Assembly: GCA_951406725.2 (NCBI GenBank)
Contig: OX597828.1
Location: forward strand, 41,230,001 to 41,294,000
Direction: 5' to 3'
DNA from: Octopus vulgaris
Lineage: Eukaryota
Length of the DNA: 64,000 nucleotides
Shown here: piece by piece, positions 27,201-39,461 of the stretch
How the letters are laid out: each line of letters opens with the position of its first letter
How positions within the stretch are numbered: the stretch's first letter is position 1
The notes under the pieces: generated by a model
Database searches by the model: none
Told to the model about the DNA's origin: nothing
Seen by the model: only the letters and a program-made list of their open reading frames with translations
Program-made: the position numbers and the translations under genes

Positions 27201-27410
27201 GCCAACATAATGTGGCTGTCCTGGAAGGGAAGACTCTTACTGTTGTTTAGCCCCAGAAAATAGCGGTTCCACTTGGCTATATGACCCAATATCTGTATGA
27301 CAATATATAAGGACACAAATATTGTGTCATGTAGCCAGTGGAAAATGATATTTCCTGGTGCTAAACAACAGTAACAGTCATCCCTTCCAGGACAGCCACA
27401 TTATGTTAGC
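27201..27410. repeat. Inverted repeat (MITE-like hairpin) in the presumptive 3' UTR
   Basis: GCCAACATAATGTGGCTGTCCTGGAAGGGA... / ...TCCCTTCCAGGACAGCCACATTATGTTAGC; ~95-bp arms with a short spacer. Confidence 0.85.
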
Positions 27411-27673
27411 TGTGGTCAATGTCAAAAGGTATTTCAGCACATTTGCAGTCAGTGCTCACATCTATATAGTTGTGGTCAGTGTCAGTTTCTATAACAGCAA
27501 CATAACTACGGTCAGTTGGTCAGTGTTGCTAACAAGTTTCCGTAGTATGAATGTGTTGAGATCAGTCGGTCACTCTAAACGGTCTAATTCCTGAGACACA
27601 ACATTCGATATTTTCTGATTCTGAAATCTTCAATTCTACCCTAAGTGGAAGAGGGTAATGCTTTGACTGCAAA

Positions 27674-28750
27674 TTAATGAGGCATTGCAGCTAACGGGTA
27701 TTGGTGATTTTGAGTATAAGTAATACAGGGAGCATACTGGACCGACTGGGCATGATTTACGGAATGTCTGAATGGTTGATATTCAGCTGTTGCATAGGTT
27801 GGTTGTGAAAACGGCTGCGAGGTGTAATACACTGGTGGTTGTAATGGTTGCTGGTTGTTTGCTGAAGGGTACATGTTAGTACATGAATTAGTGGCATGCA
27901 TGCAGCAAGGGTTAGCAGATGAAGAAATGCTTGCATTTGTCATCGGAGTGTTCGCTGAGCTGTAAATGTGTATTGTGTATATAGGATTCGCTGTGAAGGG
28001 CACGTGTGCTCCATTGGCAGGTGACAGCATTTCAGAATGAGTACCACTCACTGCATTACCACATCCAGATCTGCTACACATCATACTGTTACTGGTATTA
28101 CTACTATTACTACTGCAACTGCTGCTACTATCACTGCTGCTATTGTTGCTTACTCCATTTGTCACGGACAATGGCATGTCCTTAACGTTAGCATCCATCT
28201 TGTCAAATATTTGATTCGGAATGAAACATTGTGCATCTGGGTTGAAAGACGTTGATGTAATGTTTGCGTCATTTCGGTTCTGTTCAACCTGCTGTTGTAG
28301 AATGATAGGTCGTCCTTCACATCGTATTTTTTCAGCCTTAGTTTCTGCCAGCATCTGTTGGAATCGTGGTGGAATGTCTTTGATGGGTTTCACTAGTTTA
28401 TGGTTGCCATACCAATAATATTTTTTCTTAACTTTCTTTTCAATCACTTGTTCATCAACTTTAATTTCATCTGGGGTCAATCCAGTCGACCCTTTGTTTG
28501 ACCCGATGCTACTGGTTTCTGTGTCACCATCATCAGTTAACATAGAATCGCTTTGACTGCTTTCTTCCAGTTTCTCACTGACATCGTTTTTCTCTTCAGT
28601 TTTCTTAATCTTAGCTTTCTGAATCAGTGAAATCTCACTGTCACCATTTGCAAACACATTCAGACTATCATCAACATCAGAGGTGACATCAATATGATGT
28701 TTGGAACACTTTGCGGAGAGTTGCTCTGTTATTGGTGTGGCTACCATCAT
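27674..28750 (-). CDS. Uncharacterised 358-aa, largely disordered protein; candidate mRNA/translation regulator with YxxxxLΦ, PPRF and PAM2-like motifs
   Basis: Only long non-repetitive, non-TE ORF in the window. In-frame TAA two codons upstream of the ATG at 28750, and a strong 3' splice site about 140 nt upstream. The surrounding ~3.5 kb (25450-28990) lacks the SINEs that saturate the rest of the window. Motifs: KKKYYWYGNHKLV, KPIKDIPPRFQQML, SFNPDAQCFIP; S/N-rich and Q/P/Y-rich C-terminus. Confidence 0.8.
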   Translation of the reverse strand: MMVATPITEQLSAKCSKHHIDVTSDVDDSLNVFANGDSEISLIQKAKIKKTEEKNDVSEKLEESSQSDSMLTDDGDTETSSIGSNKGSTGLTPDEIKVDEQVIEKKVKKKYYWYGNHKLVKPIKDIPPRFQQMLAETKAEKIRCEGRPIILQQQVEQNRNDANITSTSFNPDAQCFIPNQIFDKMDANVKDMPLSVTNGVSNNSSSDSSSSCSSNSSNTSNSMMCSRSGCGNAVSGTHSEMLSPANGAHVPFTANPIYTIHIYSSANTPMTNASISSSANPCCMHATNSCTNMYPSANNQQPLQPPVYYTSQPFSQPTYATAEYQPFRHSVNHAQSVQYAPCITYTQNHQYPLAAMPH

Positions 28751-28891
28751 TCTTTAGTACAAAATATCAAATGGATTTGAGATTATGAGAAAAAAAAAAT
28801 CCTGATTTTTCGATTTGCTTTGCTTTTTTGCTTCTTCTTTTTTTTTTTTGTTGATTTAGCTAATTTCAGTGTTCTTTTATTTTATTCCTTT

Positions 28892-28920
28892 CTGAAAAAA
28901 AAAAGAAAAAAAATTTAGTG
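28892..28920 (-). promoter_or_regulatory. 3' splice acceptor preceding the CDS-containing exon
   Basis: Minus strand reads CACTAAAT (branch-like), then a T-rich tract, then CAG|AAAGG. The exon starts at 28891, implying an upstream non-coding exon not located here. Confidence 0.65.
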
Positions 28921-29019
28921 TTAAAAATAATGTTAATTGAAAAACGAACAAAGTTTTAATCATAATAATGTTCTTACTTGAATTTAATTGCACTGTTATG
29001 ACCCTCTACAACTGATTAT

Positions 29020-29465
29020 ACTACACTATAACACTTACACTTCACTATGCTATAACACTTACACCTCGCTATGCTATAACACTTACACCTCGCTATGCTT
29101 ATAACACTTACACCTTGCTATGCTAAAACACTTACAACTCACTGTTCTATAGCACATGTTGCTATAACACTTACACCTTGCTATGCTATAACACTTACAC
29201 CTCACTATGTTATAACACTTACACCTCACTATGCTATAACACTTACACCTTGCTATGCTATAACACACGTTGCTATGCTATAACACTTACACGTTGCTAT
29301 GCTATAACACTTACACGTTGCTATGCTATAACACTTACATGTCGCTATGCTATAACACTTACACGTCGCTATGCTATAACACTTACACCTCACTATGCTA
29401 TAACACTTACGACTCGCTATGCTATAACACTTACACCTCACTATGCTATAACACTTACACCTCGC
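29020..29465. repeat. 24-bp minisatellite (CTATGCTATAACACTTACACCTCA)n, about 18 units
   Basis: Directly visible tandem units. Confidence 0.95.
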
Positions 29466-29547
29466 TGACAAGAAGCCATTACAAACACCCTCCAGTCCCC
29501 ATCCCACAGACATGCTATCTCATTTTGGTGCTACTATATTAACCTTT

Positions 29548-29778
29548 GCGGTGAGCTGGCAGAATCATTAGCACATCAGGTGAAATGCTTAGTGGTATTT
29601 CATCAGCCACTATGTTCTGAGTTCAAATTCCGTCAAGGTTGACTTTGACTTTCATCCTTTTGGGGTCGATTAAATAAGTACCAGTTATGCATTGGGGTTG
29701 ATGTAATCGACTTAATCCCTTTGTCTGTCCTTGTTTGTCTCCTCTATGTTTAGCCCCTTGTGGGTAATAAAGAAATAA
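29548..29778 (+). mobile_element. SINE family B copy
   Basis: Match to family B. Confidence 0.85.
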
Positions 29779-30900
29779 ATATATATTAGTAAGGTATAAT
29801 TTCTTTAAATTTATTTCTGAAATTATTACAAACTATTTGAAAAGTACCATTCATGCGTGATCGTTGCTAGCATCGCTTTACCGGCAAATGTATAGGTGGT
29901 ACATGAAAAGCAACATTTGAGTGTGGTCGTTGCCAGTGCTGCCAGACTGACTCCCTTGCAGGTAGCATGTGAAAACACCTTTGGAGCATGGTCATTGCCA
30001 GAACCGCCTGACTGGCCCTCGTGCTGGTGGCATGTAAAAGCACCCACTACACCCTCGGAGTGGTTGGCGTTAGGAAGGGCATCCAGCTGTAGAAACTTTG
30101 CTAGATCAGATTGAGCCTGGTGCAGCCTCTGGCTTACCAGTCCTCAGTCAAACCGTCCAACCCATGCCAGCATGGAAAGCGGATGTAAAACGATGATGAT
30201 GATGATGATGATGATGATTAGCCTCTGCTCCTTGGGACAGGCTGATTACATGCTACCTTTACTCAAATACTCACGACTTGCTTGTCATTTCTTATATACT
30301 CAACTAATTCCATCATCTTATTCCAGAGTAAGCTAATAAAAAAAGACCTCTGTAGTGTAGTATATACTACAGATGCCCACTCTATACTATTTTCTATTCT
30401 GTAGACTATTACACTGTACAATACACCACCACATCACACATCACTGTTGATTATCACACTATATACAGAGAATTATCTTATCTTACATACAGGCTCCATA
30501 GTTACTAAAAAATTCCTTAGCTATGGAGACACTCCTCAACTAAGCTATAGCTTCCAAGCTAAAAGGAAGAACTCAAGCTATACAAGCTCTCTAGTTAACG
30601 AGAAGTTGGTTAGAAACAACATTATTATGTAAAAGCTCATAGAGGGCCCCTAGCGACACTGAAATTCTCTACCCATAGGTGTCCCCCAACTAAAGAGCAA
30701 TTCATTGACTAGATATCCCTAACTTTAGATGAGTTTTTTTAGTTAGAGTGAAGTTCTCTAGTAACAGAGGTTTTCATTAGCAGCCGCAGAGAAGTTCCTT
30801 AGTTACAGAGATATTTTTCATAGCAACAGAGATGTTCCTTAGCTACAGAGAAATTTCTTGGCTACCAAGAAACTCTTTAGCTGCATAAAACTCTACTAAC

Positions 30901-30973
<73 letters not shown>

Positions 30974-31873
30974 CATGTTACTCCAGCTCACACAGATGTA
31001 GAAATGAGTTGTGATGTCACTGATGCCAAGCCGTATTGGCCATCACCTTTCCCTTGGATAACATCAGTGACGTGAAGAGGGGAAGCTGGTATGCATGGGC
31101 GACACCTGGTCTTCCATAAACAACCTTACCTGGACTTGTGCCTCGGAGGGGAACTTTCTAGGTGCAATCCCATGGTCATTCATGACCAAAGGGGGTCTTT
31201 AATTAAAAGAAGGCATGTGCATGATTCACAAATATTTTTACTGGCAGTGTTGCAATGGGTAAAGACTTGGTTGGCAATAAAAAAGAAAGAGGAAATCGTA
31301 TTTCTTTTAATTATTAATTCAACCATTTAAAAATGCACATTGAGGTCAATGGTTGATGTTAAAAATATCAAGTATTTTACCACAGCCTTTTTTTCATGTT
31401 TTGAAAACAGATGAGAGGGCTCAAGAGGTATGAAGATATAAAAGATTTTATTCATATTTTATATCTCTTGCTCAGAGATTTAAAACAAATTTTCTGAAAT
31501 AGTTTAATTGAAACAGAAAAACATAATTGTTGCTTTTAAGTGTATGAGATGAGAAAAGTAAGAGGTTGTGTAGCTTTGTGCTGTGTTGAGGGACATTATT
31601 CATAGCACTGAAGTGAAATAGCTATAAAAATTATGATGTGAATCTTTGTCCCACATTAGATTTTGTCTCCTACTTACTTACCCACCTATGACAGCAAATC
31701 TCTGCTGCTATAATAGAGTAAAATATACATATAGGTGAAGGGGAGGCTGTGTGGTAAGAAGGTTGCTTACCAATCACATGGTTCAAAGTTCAGTTTTGTC
31801 GCATGACACTTTGTGTCTTTTACTATAACCTCAGGCTGACCAAAGCCTTGTGAGTTGATTTGGAAGAAGTCTG

Positions 31874-31907
<34 letters not shown>

Positions 31908-32079
31908 CTCTGTGTTTGTCCCCACCACCAGTTGACAATCGGTGTTGGTATGTTTACATCTCTGTCACTTAGAAGTTTGGCAAAAAGGAATCAACAGAAC
32001 AAGTACCAGGCTTTAAAAAAAATTAAAGTACTGGGGTTGATTCGTTCAACTACAAATACTTCAAGATGTTGTTATAGTA

Positions 32080-32520
32080 ATGAAGCTAAAGCATGCAGAG
32101 TAAAGCCGCTTGGCACAGATTGACCTTGAACTCTGCTGTGTGTGTGCACTAAGTTTTAACATTCTAGCTCACTTACACTGTTTACAGCAGTGCTTGGAAG
32201 GAAGGTGTGTAGCATGTGATCATCGCATTGACCATGACAGAGAAAGTTGAGCAGAAAATTTGCATCAAATTTTACCAAACGTTTGGCAATGCCTGCTCAG
32301 AGGCCTACACAAAGTTTTCAAAACGTTTTCATCATTCTCGACACAATGAAGGAGATCTTGTGCAACTGAAACCCGAGTGTTGTTTTGGTCAGCTGAAAGC
32401 AGTTTTGGCACAAACTCGACAGACATGCGTCTCATACCCAAATCTTCAGTGATAATGGACTGGACTGAATTGTAAATAATCTACACATCCTCTGATATCT
32501 CACGGATGGTGATCTGATAA
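32080..32520 (+). mobile_element. Mariner-derived fragment with internal inversion
   Basis: Plus MTEKVEQKICIKFYQTFGNACSEAY; minus DLGMRRMSVEFVPKLLSADQ. Confidence 0.6.
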
Positions 32521-32877
32521 TTTCCCCTCAGGAGTGGCTGTGTGGTAAGTAGCTTGCTTACCAACCACATGGTTCTGGGTTCAGTCCACTGCATGGCACC
32601 TTTGGCAAGTGTCCTCTACTATAGCCTCGGGCCGACCAAAGCCTTGTAAGTGGATTTGGTAGACGGAAACTGAAAGAAGCTCATCGAATATATGTGTGTA
32701 TATATATATATCATCATCATCATCGTTTAACGTCCGTTTTCCATGCTAGCATGGGTTGGATGGTTTGACCGGGGTCTGGGAAGCCAGGAGGCTGCACCAG
32801 GCTCCAGTGGGATTAGAAGAAAAAATACCCATCAAAAATAAATTTATCTCACAGCCCAATATGTATGTGTGTGTGTA

Positions 32878-34167
32878 TACAAGGTGCATTCTTGAAGGTT
32901 TTAGACTTTTTCAGGAAAGACTTATTAATTTCAAAGAAGAACAAAACTGACTTCAGTGCACTTGTTCTACCATTCCAGCCCCTCGTGAAGGCTCCATGGA
33001 AGGTCTCCAAAGAGTAAGTATCCAAGACCCTCACATCTTCCTTCATCCTCTCAATGTCTTCAAAACAATTGCCCCTGAGATTCTCCTTCAGCTGGGGTGG
33101 GGGACAACCAAATGTCACACGGATTAAAGTCTTGACTGCATGGAGAGAGGTTAAGGGAGAGTTTTAATGCTCATCTCTGTGAAGTAGTTGGTTACCAGGA
33201 TGGAATTGTTGATTGATGCATTGCCCTGGTGCAGGTGCCACTGACCTGAGTGAAAGAGCTCTGGCCTTTTGCAATGAAATCTCTTGCAATGATATCTCTT
33301 TCTGACCTTCCTCAAAACCTTAAAAAAAAGTACTCTTTGTTGACCATCTGATCAGAAGGAACCCATGATGCCCCAGCTGTCAAAAAAGTAGATCATCATG
33401 AGTTTCTCATTGGATTTTCTTTACATGGCCTTCTTGGATCTAGGGGAGCCAGGATGCTTCTGTTGAGCCTTCTGTCTCATGGTCTCTCAATCATAGCATT
33501 AAACGCAGCTTTTGTCACAGGCCTCCAGAGACTCAAGTACTCTGCGATTGGAGGTAAGGAGTTCAACTAATATCTTGCTGTCACTGTGTCTTTTCTCCTG
33601 CTTGTTACTGAGCTCCCAGGGAACAAACTGCACAAATTTTGGGTATGTTCAGTTCTTCATGAATAATTCCATGTACAGTTGTCACACCAACTCCGAACTG
33701 TATGCTTATTGTCTTTATAGACACACGATGGTCCTCATCTAGAAAATTCCAAATTTTCTCAATCAGTCCCTGATGTTTTGATGTCATCCTCCTCCACACA
33801 TCTCCCATCATCTCTTGCCTCCTCTCTATTGTCCTCAAACCTCTTGTCCCAAACAGATGTTCAACCCATACAAGTTAATCCATGACCTGTCTGGAGAATT
33901 TCATAAGTTTCTATAGCTTTTTTTTGTCCAGTTTAATACAAAACTATTCCATATTGTCTTCACACCCTGACTGCACTCTATTAAACTAGTTAACTGTGAC
34001 AAGCAGTATCTAGTATTGTCCATTCAAAATGTTGTTACACCTGTCTCCTTCAATCTTGAATACAAAATGTGGACAAATCAACTTAGTCAATGTATTTTAA
34101 TGGCAATTTAGGACAATTGTAACTGCCTCACCTAAAAGAGTCTTAAAATTTCTGGAACGCACCTGTA
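32878..34167 (-). mobile_element. Decayed full-span mariner element with degenerate TIRs
   Basis: Ends TACAAGGTGCATTC...AGACT / AGTCTT...GAACGCACCTGTA; peptides EDHRVSIKTISIQFGVGVTTVHGIIHEELNIPKICA and LKENLRGNCFEDIE. Confidence 0.8.
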
Positions 34168-34219
34168 TGTATGTATGTATGTATGTATGTATGTATGTAT
34201 GTATGTATGTATGTATGTA

Positions 34220-34271
<52 letters not shown>

Positions 34272-34739
34272 TATGTATGTATGTATGTACGTACGTACGT
34301 ACGTACGTATGTATGTATGTATGTATGTATGAATGCATGCATGCATGTATGCATGTATGTATGTATGTATGTATGTATGTATGTATATATGTATGTATGC
34401 ATGCATGCATGTATATATATATGTATGTACACACACATACATATATTTCCCACATGATCTTTAAAGACATTAAGCAATCTTTTCAAATATAATAAATTTC
34501 TTCTCTTCAAAGAAATAAGTTTATGACTGAAAAAAAATTTGAAATGTTCATTCTTTAAATTTCTCTTGAGAAAACTTACAAATAAATATCTGTTTTTCTC
34601 TCATGAATTTTAACAGGTCACCTTCTTCACAATAAGAAATATGCTATGTATGTATGTATGTGTGTGTGTGTGCATGTGTATGCTTGTTGTGTGTATGTGT
34701 ATGTGTTCTCTTTCTCTTTTTAATTTAGAGTAGGTTTTT

Positions 34740-35450
34740 CCCCAGTCACCCACCTGGTAGCAAGGTTGTGAAGGAAAGCATCATGATTTAATCATCATCC
34801 TTTAAATCTTGAGAAGGTCTTGTAGATTTATATTGTGCCAGATATCACGATCAGTTGTAGCATATGAATGAAGGATTTGCATTCTCTTCCAGGATCCCAA
34901 GTTCAGTCATATTTTGCTCCAGACTGGTCAGTATGTATCCTGTTGCTCCAATAATAAAACGGTTGAAGCTGAAAGTGTATCTTTGGTACCAGGTTTGCAA
35001 ACTCCTTATGGATGCTCTATAGATGTCCACTTTCTCTTGTATTTTTATAACCATATTGATGTCCAGAAGTGTCCATGACAGAGCATATCTTTTCCTTGTG
35101 GTCCTACACAACAATATCTTGGTGGCTGTGTATGCAGTGACCAGTTCAAAAGGCCAAGTGTAAGCATGAGAACAGGCATTGCAAAGATGTTGTGGGCAAT
35201 AAGCTCGTTTAAGCTGTGAGTTCTGATGACCATAGTCTCTTCACTATCCTGAGGTATTCCTTTCTGGTCCTCTCCTTATATATGATTCCATCATATCTGA
35301 CATTTTCGTCTTGTCCAAGATACCTATAACTGTTACTTGTAGAGGTTGTGTTGTCTAGCTGTTTAGTTTTAGGTTTTCAGAGGAGGGTACACATTTTCCA
35401 CGTTTTATTGTTAATAATGCACATTTGAACTGAACTAAATTTTATCCCAA
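34740..35450 (-). pseudogene. Decayed R4-like LINE fragments
   Basis: YLGQDENVRYDG..., AHNIFAMPVL, IQEKVDIYRASIRSLQ...FIIGATGYI. Confidence 0.6.
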
Positions 35451-36034
35451 ACTGGGTTATATGGTTCAGTTGTTTTTTTTTTTTTTATGTGGTTGATATT
35501 TTAGCCCAGAGATTCAGGTTATCAACAAAGAAAAGATGGGAATACTTCTGGATCCAGTTGGCAAAAAAAGTTGGTAGATACTTCTGTCTACCTGTCTGTT
35601 TACCTGCCTGCCTGCCTGCCTGTCTGTCTGTCTGTATTTCAAAGGATCAGCCTTATCACACTCTGTGTCACAATGAGTCTCCCTCAGAACTACATTAAAG
35701 GTAAGCATGTCTGTAGAGTACTTGGCCATTTGCATGTTAATTTCACGAGCAGGCTGTTCTGTTGACCAGATGAACCGGAGCCCTTGTTGTTGTCATAACC
35801 AAAAGAGTACCAATAATCTGTGGTGATATGCTTCCTCCACACGTTTCTCTGTGTTGGAGTAATACTGTGGACACTTAAGAATGTTCTGGTATCGTGTGAT
35901 GAAGTTGGCATTTGGATCATCTTAGATAGTGTTTTCCACACATGAAAGAACATAATTTTTGAAAAATCAGTTAGACATGGTTTAGTGAACTATTCCCTGA
36001 TCTGATTGGACAGCATCTAAGAGAGCATGTGTCT

Positions 36035-36100
<66 letters not shown>

Positions 36101-36176
36101 ATATTGTTAGTGGTAGTCATCGTGTCTGTGTGCATTGTTGTAGTTGGTGGTGGTTGCAGTGTCAGTGGTGTGTATA

Positions 36177-36257
<81 letters not shown>

Positions 36258-36710
36258 AGAAAAGATGTATTGGTGAAGGGTATGACCCCCACTACCTGCT
36301 TTGTGATTTTAACAGGAACATTTTAAACGATCTCTTCAATGGCTTCCCCTCTGTTTTCACAATGGCTTCCCCTCTGTTTTTACACAGCAGGTTGTCAGAA
36401 ACTGTCAGAAACCTAATTTATCAGGCCTTACTTTTGTTACATGATTGTTCTCACATAGCTACCAACCATATTGTGAACTGCCACAGTTCACAATATAAAT
36501 AGATTGCTTGAAACCTATATAATATATAATACAATATATAGTCTTATAAGGTGTGGGCATGGCTTTGTTGTAAGAGGTTTGCTTCCCAACCACATGGTTA
36601 CAGGTTCAGTCCCACTGCATGGCACTTTGTGCAAGTGTCTTCTACTATAGCCTTGAGCCAACCAAAGACTTGTGAGTGGATTTGGTTGTTGGAAACTGTA
36701 AGAAATCTGT

Positions 36711-36756
<46 letters not shown>

Positions 36757-36871
36757 CAGTATATATATATATATATATGTATATACAGTATATATATATA
36801 TATATATATATGTATATTCAGTATATATGTATATATCGTCGTTTAACGTCCGTTCTCCATGCTAGCATGGG

Positions 36872-37356
<485 letters not shown>

Positions 37357-37559
37357 ACCCTCTCACATCTGCCACTAGCTGGCGTATACAGGTGCTTACA
37401 CTTATCAAGTATTCACCCTAAATTTACAGTATACACACACACACACACATATATATATACACATATATACATACACCTATCACGTACAAACACTACTTCC
37501 TCTGTTAACCTTCCTTCTATTCCACTGCGCCTCTTATGTGTCCATTGCTTGCACTGGGT

Positions 37560-37880
37560 ACACTAAGCGGAATTTCTACCTAGACCCTTCCCACATATTG
37601 CGTAGGACCATTCACCTGAAGGGTAAAGGATCCTGTCTGATTTCTTGCTTAATAGGATCTTGGTATTTGTCAAGTTAACTTTAAGACTCTTTGATTCCAG
37701 GTTTTGTTTCCACACCTGGAATTTCTTTCCTAATTCTGTTACAGAGTCTGCTATCATCAGTATATTGTTGCTCTCTGTTATGGTTTCGAAGATGATAATG
37801 AATTTGAAGGGGTTGAGGATCAAGCCTTGGTGAACTCTTATCTGTATCAAATTCAGTACCAGCCTGACCTCATTATAAAC
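37560..37880 (-). pseudogene. RTE LINE RT fragment
   Basis: VHQGLILNP...ELGKKFQVWKQNLESKSLKVNLTNTK...CGKGLGRNS, homologous to the 55510 and 19930 fragments. Confidence 0.75.
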
Positions 37881-38839
37881 GTATTCATAGATTTGTTTTT
37901 CAGCAAAGGGAGATCAAAGTGATAGTAGCAGCAGTAGCATCAACAATTACTTAACCAATTAGAGCGAGTTGGGTGTTATAAGGGACCATGTTTTCTATGA
38001 GCATTGAAGGAAAAAATTGTATATAGAAAATACACAATATGAAAGAACAAGACACATTCACAAACACACAAAAATTTGGGGAACAATGTGTAGAATAAAT
38101 AAGGTTTTTAATAAACTCAGTACATTGACACAGCAAAAATATATGTTGTGTAATGGAAATTGTTCAATGGAAAGTAAAGAAATTCATCAGGTGTGTTGTG
38201 CACAGGTGAGATAATAAGTCATCATACTCCATTGACTGCCACACTTATTAATTGTGTTGTGCAATTGTTTACTGATGTAGATCATTGACAAACTGGAATT
38301 TGAATAATTACCTAAATACGACAGCTGTTTTCCCTAAGTATTCAGAAATAACTAATTGCGAGAATCACTTTTCCTTTTCTATTGAATAAACTAGACCACT
38401 GTTCAATAGGATACAAAGAATTTAACAATAATAATGTTTCTAATTACAAAGGAAGCTGTTAGCTGATTAAACAAACTTCATTACTTGCTATTTTATTTTA
38501 TCAACTCCAGAGCCTTGCTGAGATTTGAACTCAGAACATAATGAGCTGGAACGAGGTTTTTTCCAATGCTCTTATGATTCCACTAATACACTGCTTTTAT
38601 CAGTTTTTTTTCTGACATAGGCAGAAAATCAGTTGAACTAATATAGTATTATAATCTTTTCTACTATAGGCACAAGGCCTGAAATTTTCAGCGAGAGGCA
38701 TGAGTAGATTACATTGGCCCCAGTAATTGACTGGTACTTATTTTATCAACCCCGGAAAGATGAAAGGCAAAGTCGACCACAGTGGAATTTGAACTCAGAA
38801 TGTAAAGATAGGCAAAATGTTGCTAAGTATTTTGCCTCG

Positions 38840-39059
38840 TTTATTCTTTTACTTGTTTCAGTCATTTGACTGCAGTCTTACTGGAGCACTGCCTTTAGTT
38901 AAACAAATCAACCCCAGGACTTATTCTTTGTTAGCCTAGTACTTATTCTATTGGTCGCTTTTGCTGAACTGCTAAGTTACAGGGATGTAAAAACACCGAC
39001 ATAGGTTGTCAAGTGATGGTGGGGAGACAAACACAAACACACAAATATATACATACATA

Positions 39060-39109
<50 letters not shown>

Positions 39110-39461
39110 CAAGGAAAAATTATAAAAAGGCAGAAGGCTAAATTGAAGGTAAATTTTAATGAAAATGGATGTATGGAAAATTAAAAAAAAAATTTTTCCA
39201 TTCACCCATTTTCATTAAAATTTACCTTCAATTTAGCATTCTGCCTTTTTATAATTTTTCCTTGCCTATCATTTCTCCACGTGCGGTCAACACAACCCCA
39301 CTATTTATTGATTTATATATATATATATATCCACTCACAAAGCTTTGGTTGGCCCGAGGCTATAGTAGAAGACACTTGTCCAAGGTGTCATTCAGTGGGA
39401 CTGAACCCAGGACCATGTGGTTGGGAAGCAAGCTTCTTACCACACAGCCACTCCTGCACCT
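38840..39461 (-). mobile_element. SINE family A copy interrupted by a fold-back insert
   Basis: Tail at 38840-39050 and head at 39330-39461 flank the 39105-39315 insert. Confidence 0.85.
39105..39315. repeat. Fold-back insert (arms ~39105-39180 and ~39191-39269) within the (TA)n of a SINE
   Basis: ATAGGCAAGGAAAAATTATAAAAAGGCAGAA... / ...TTCTGCCTTTTTATAATTTTTCCTTGCCTAT; TA tracts on both sides. Confidence 0.85.

Noticed and set aside
30480-30905. Degenerate ~23-bp repeat (TTCCTTAGCTACAGAG) as a functional array
   Set aside because: Highly decayed, with no structure or coding pattern; treated as an old minisatellite.
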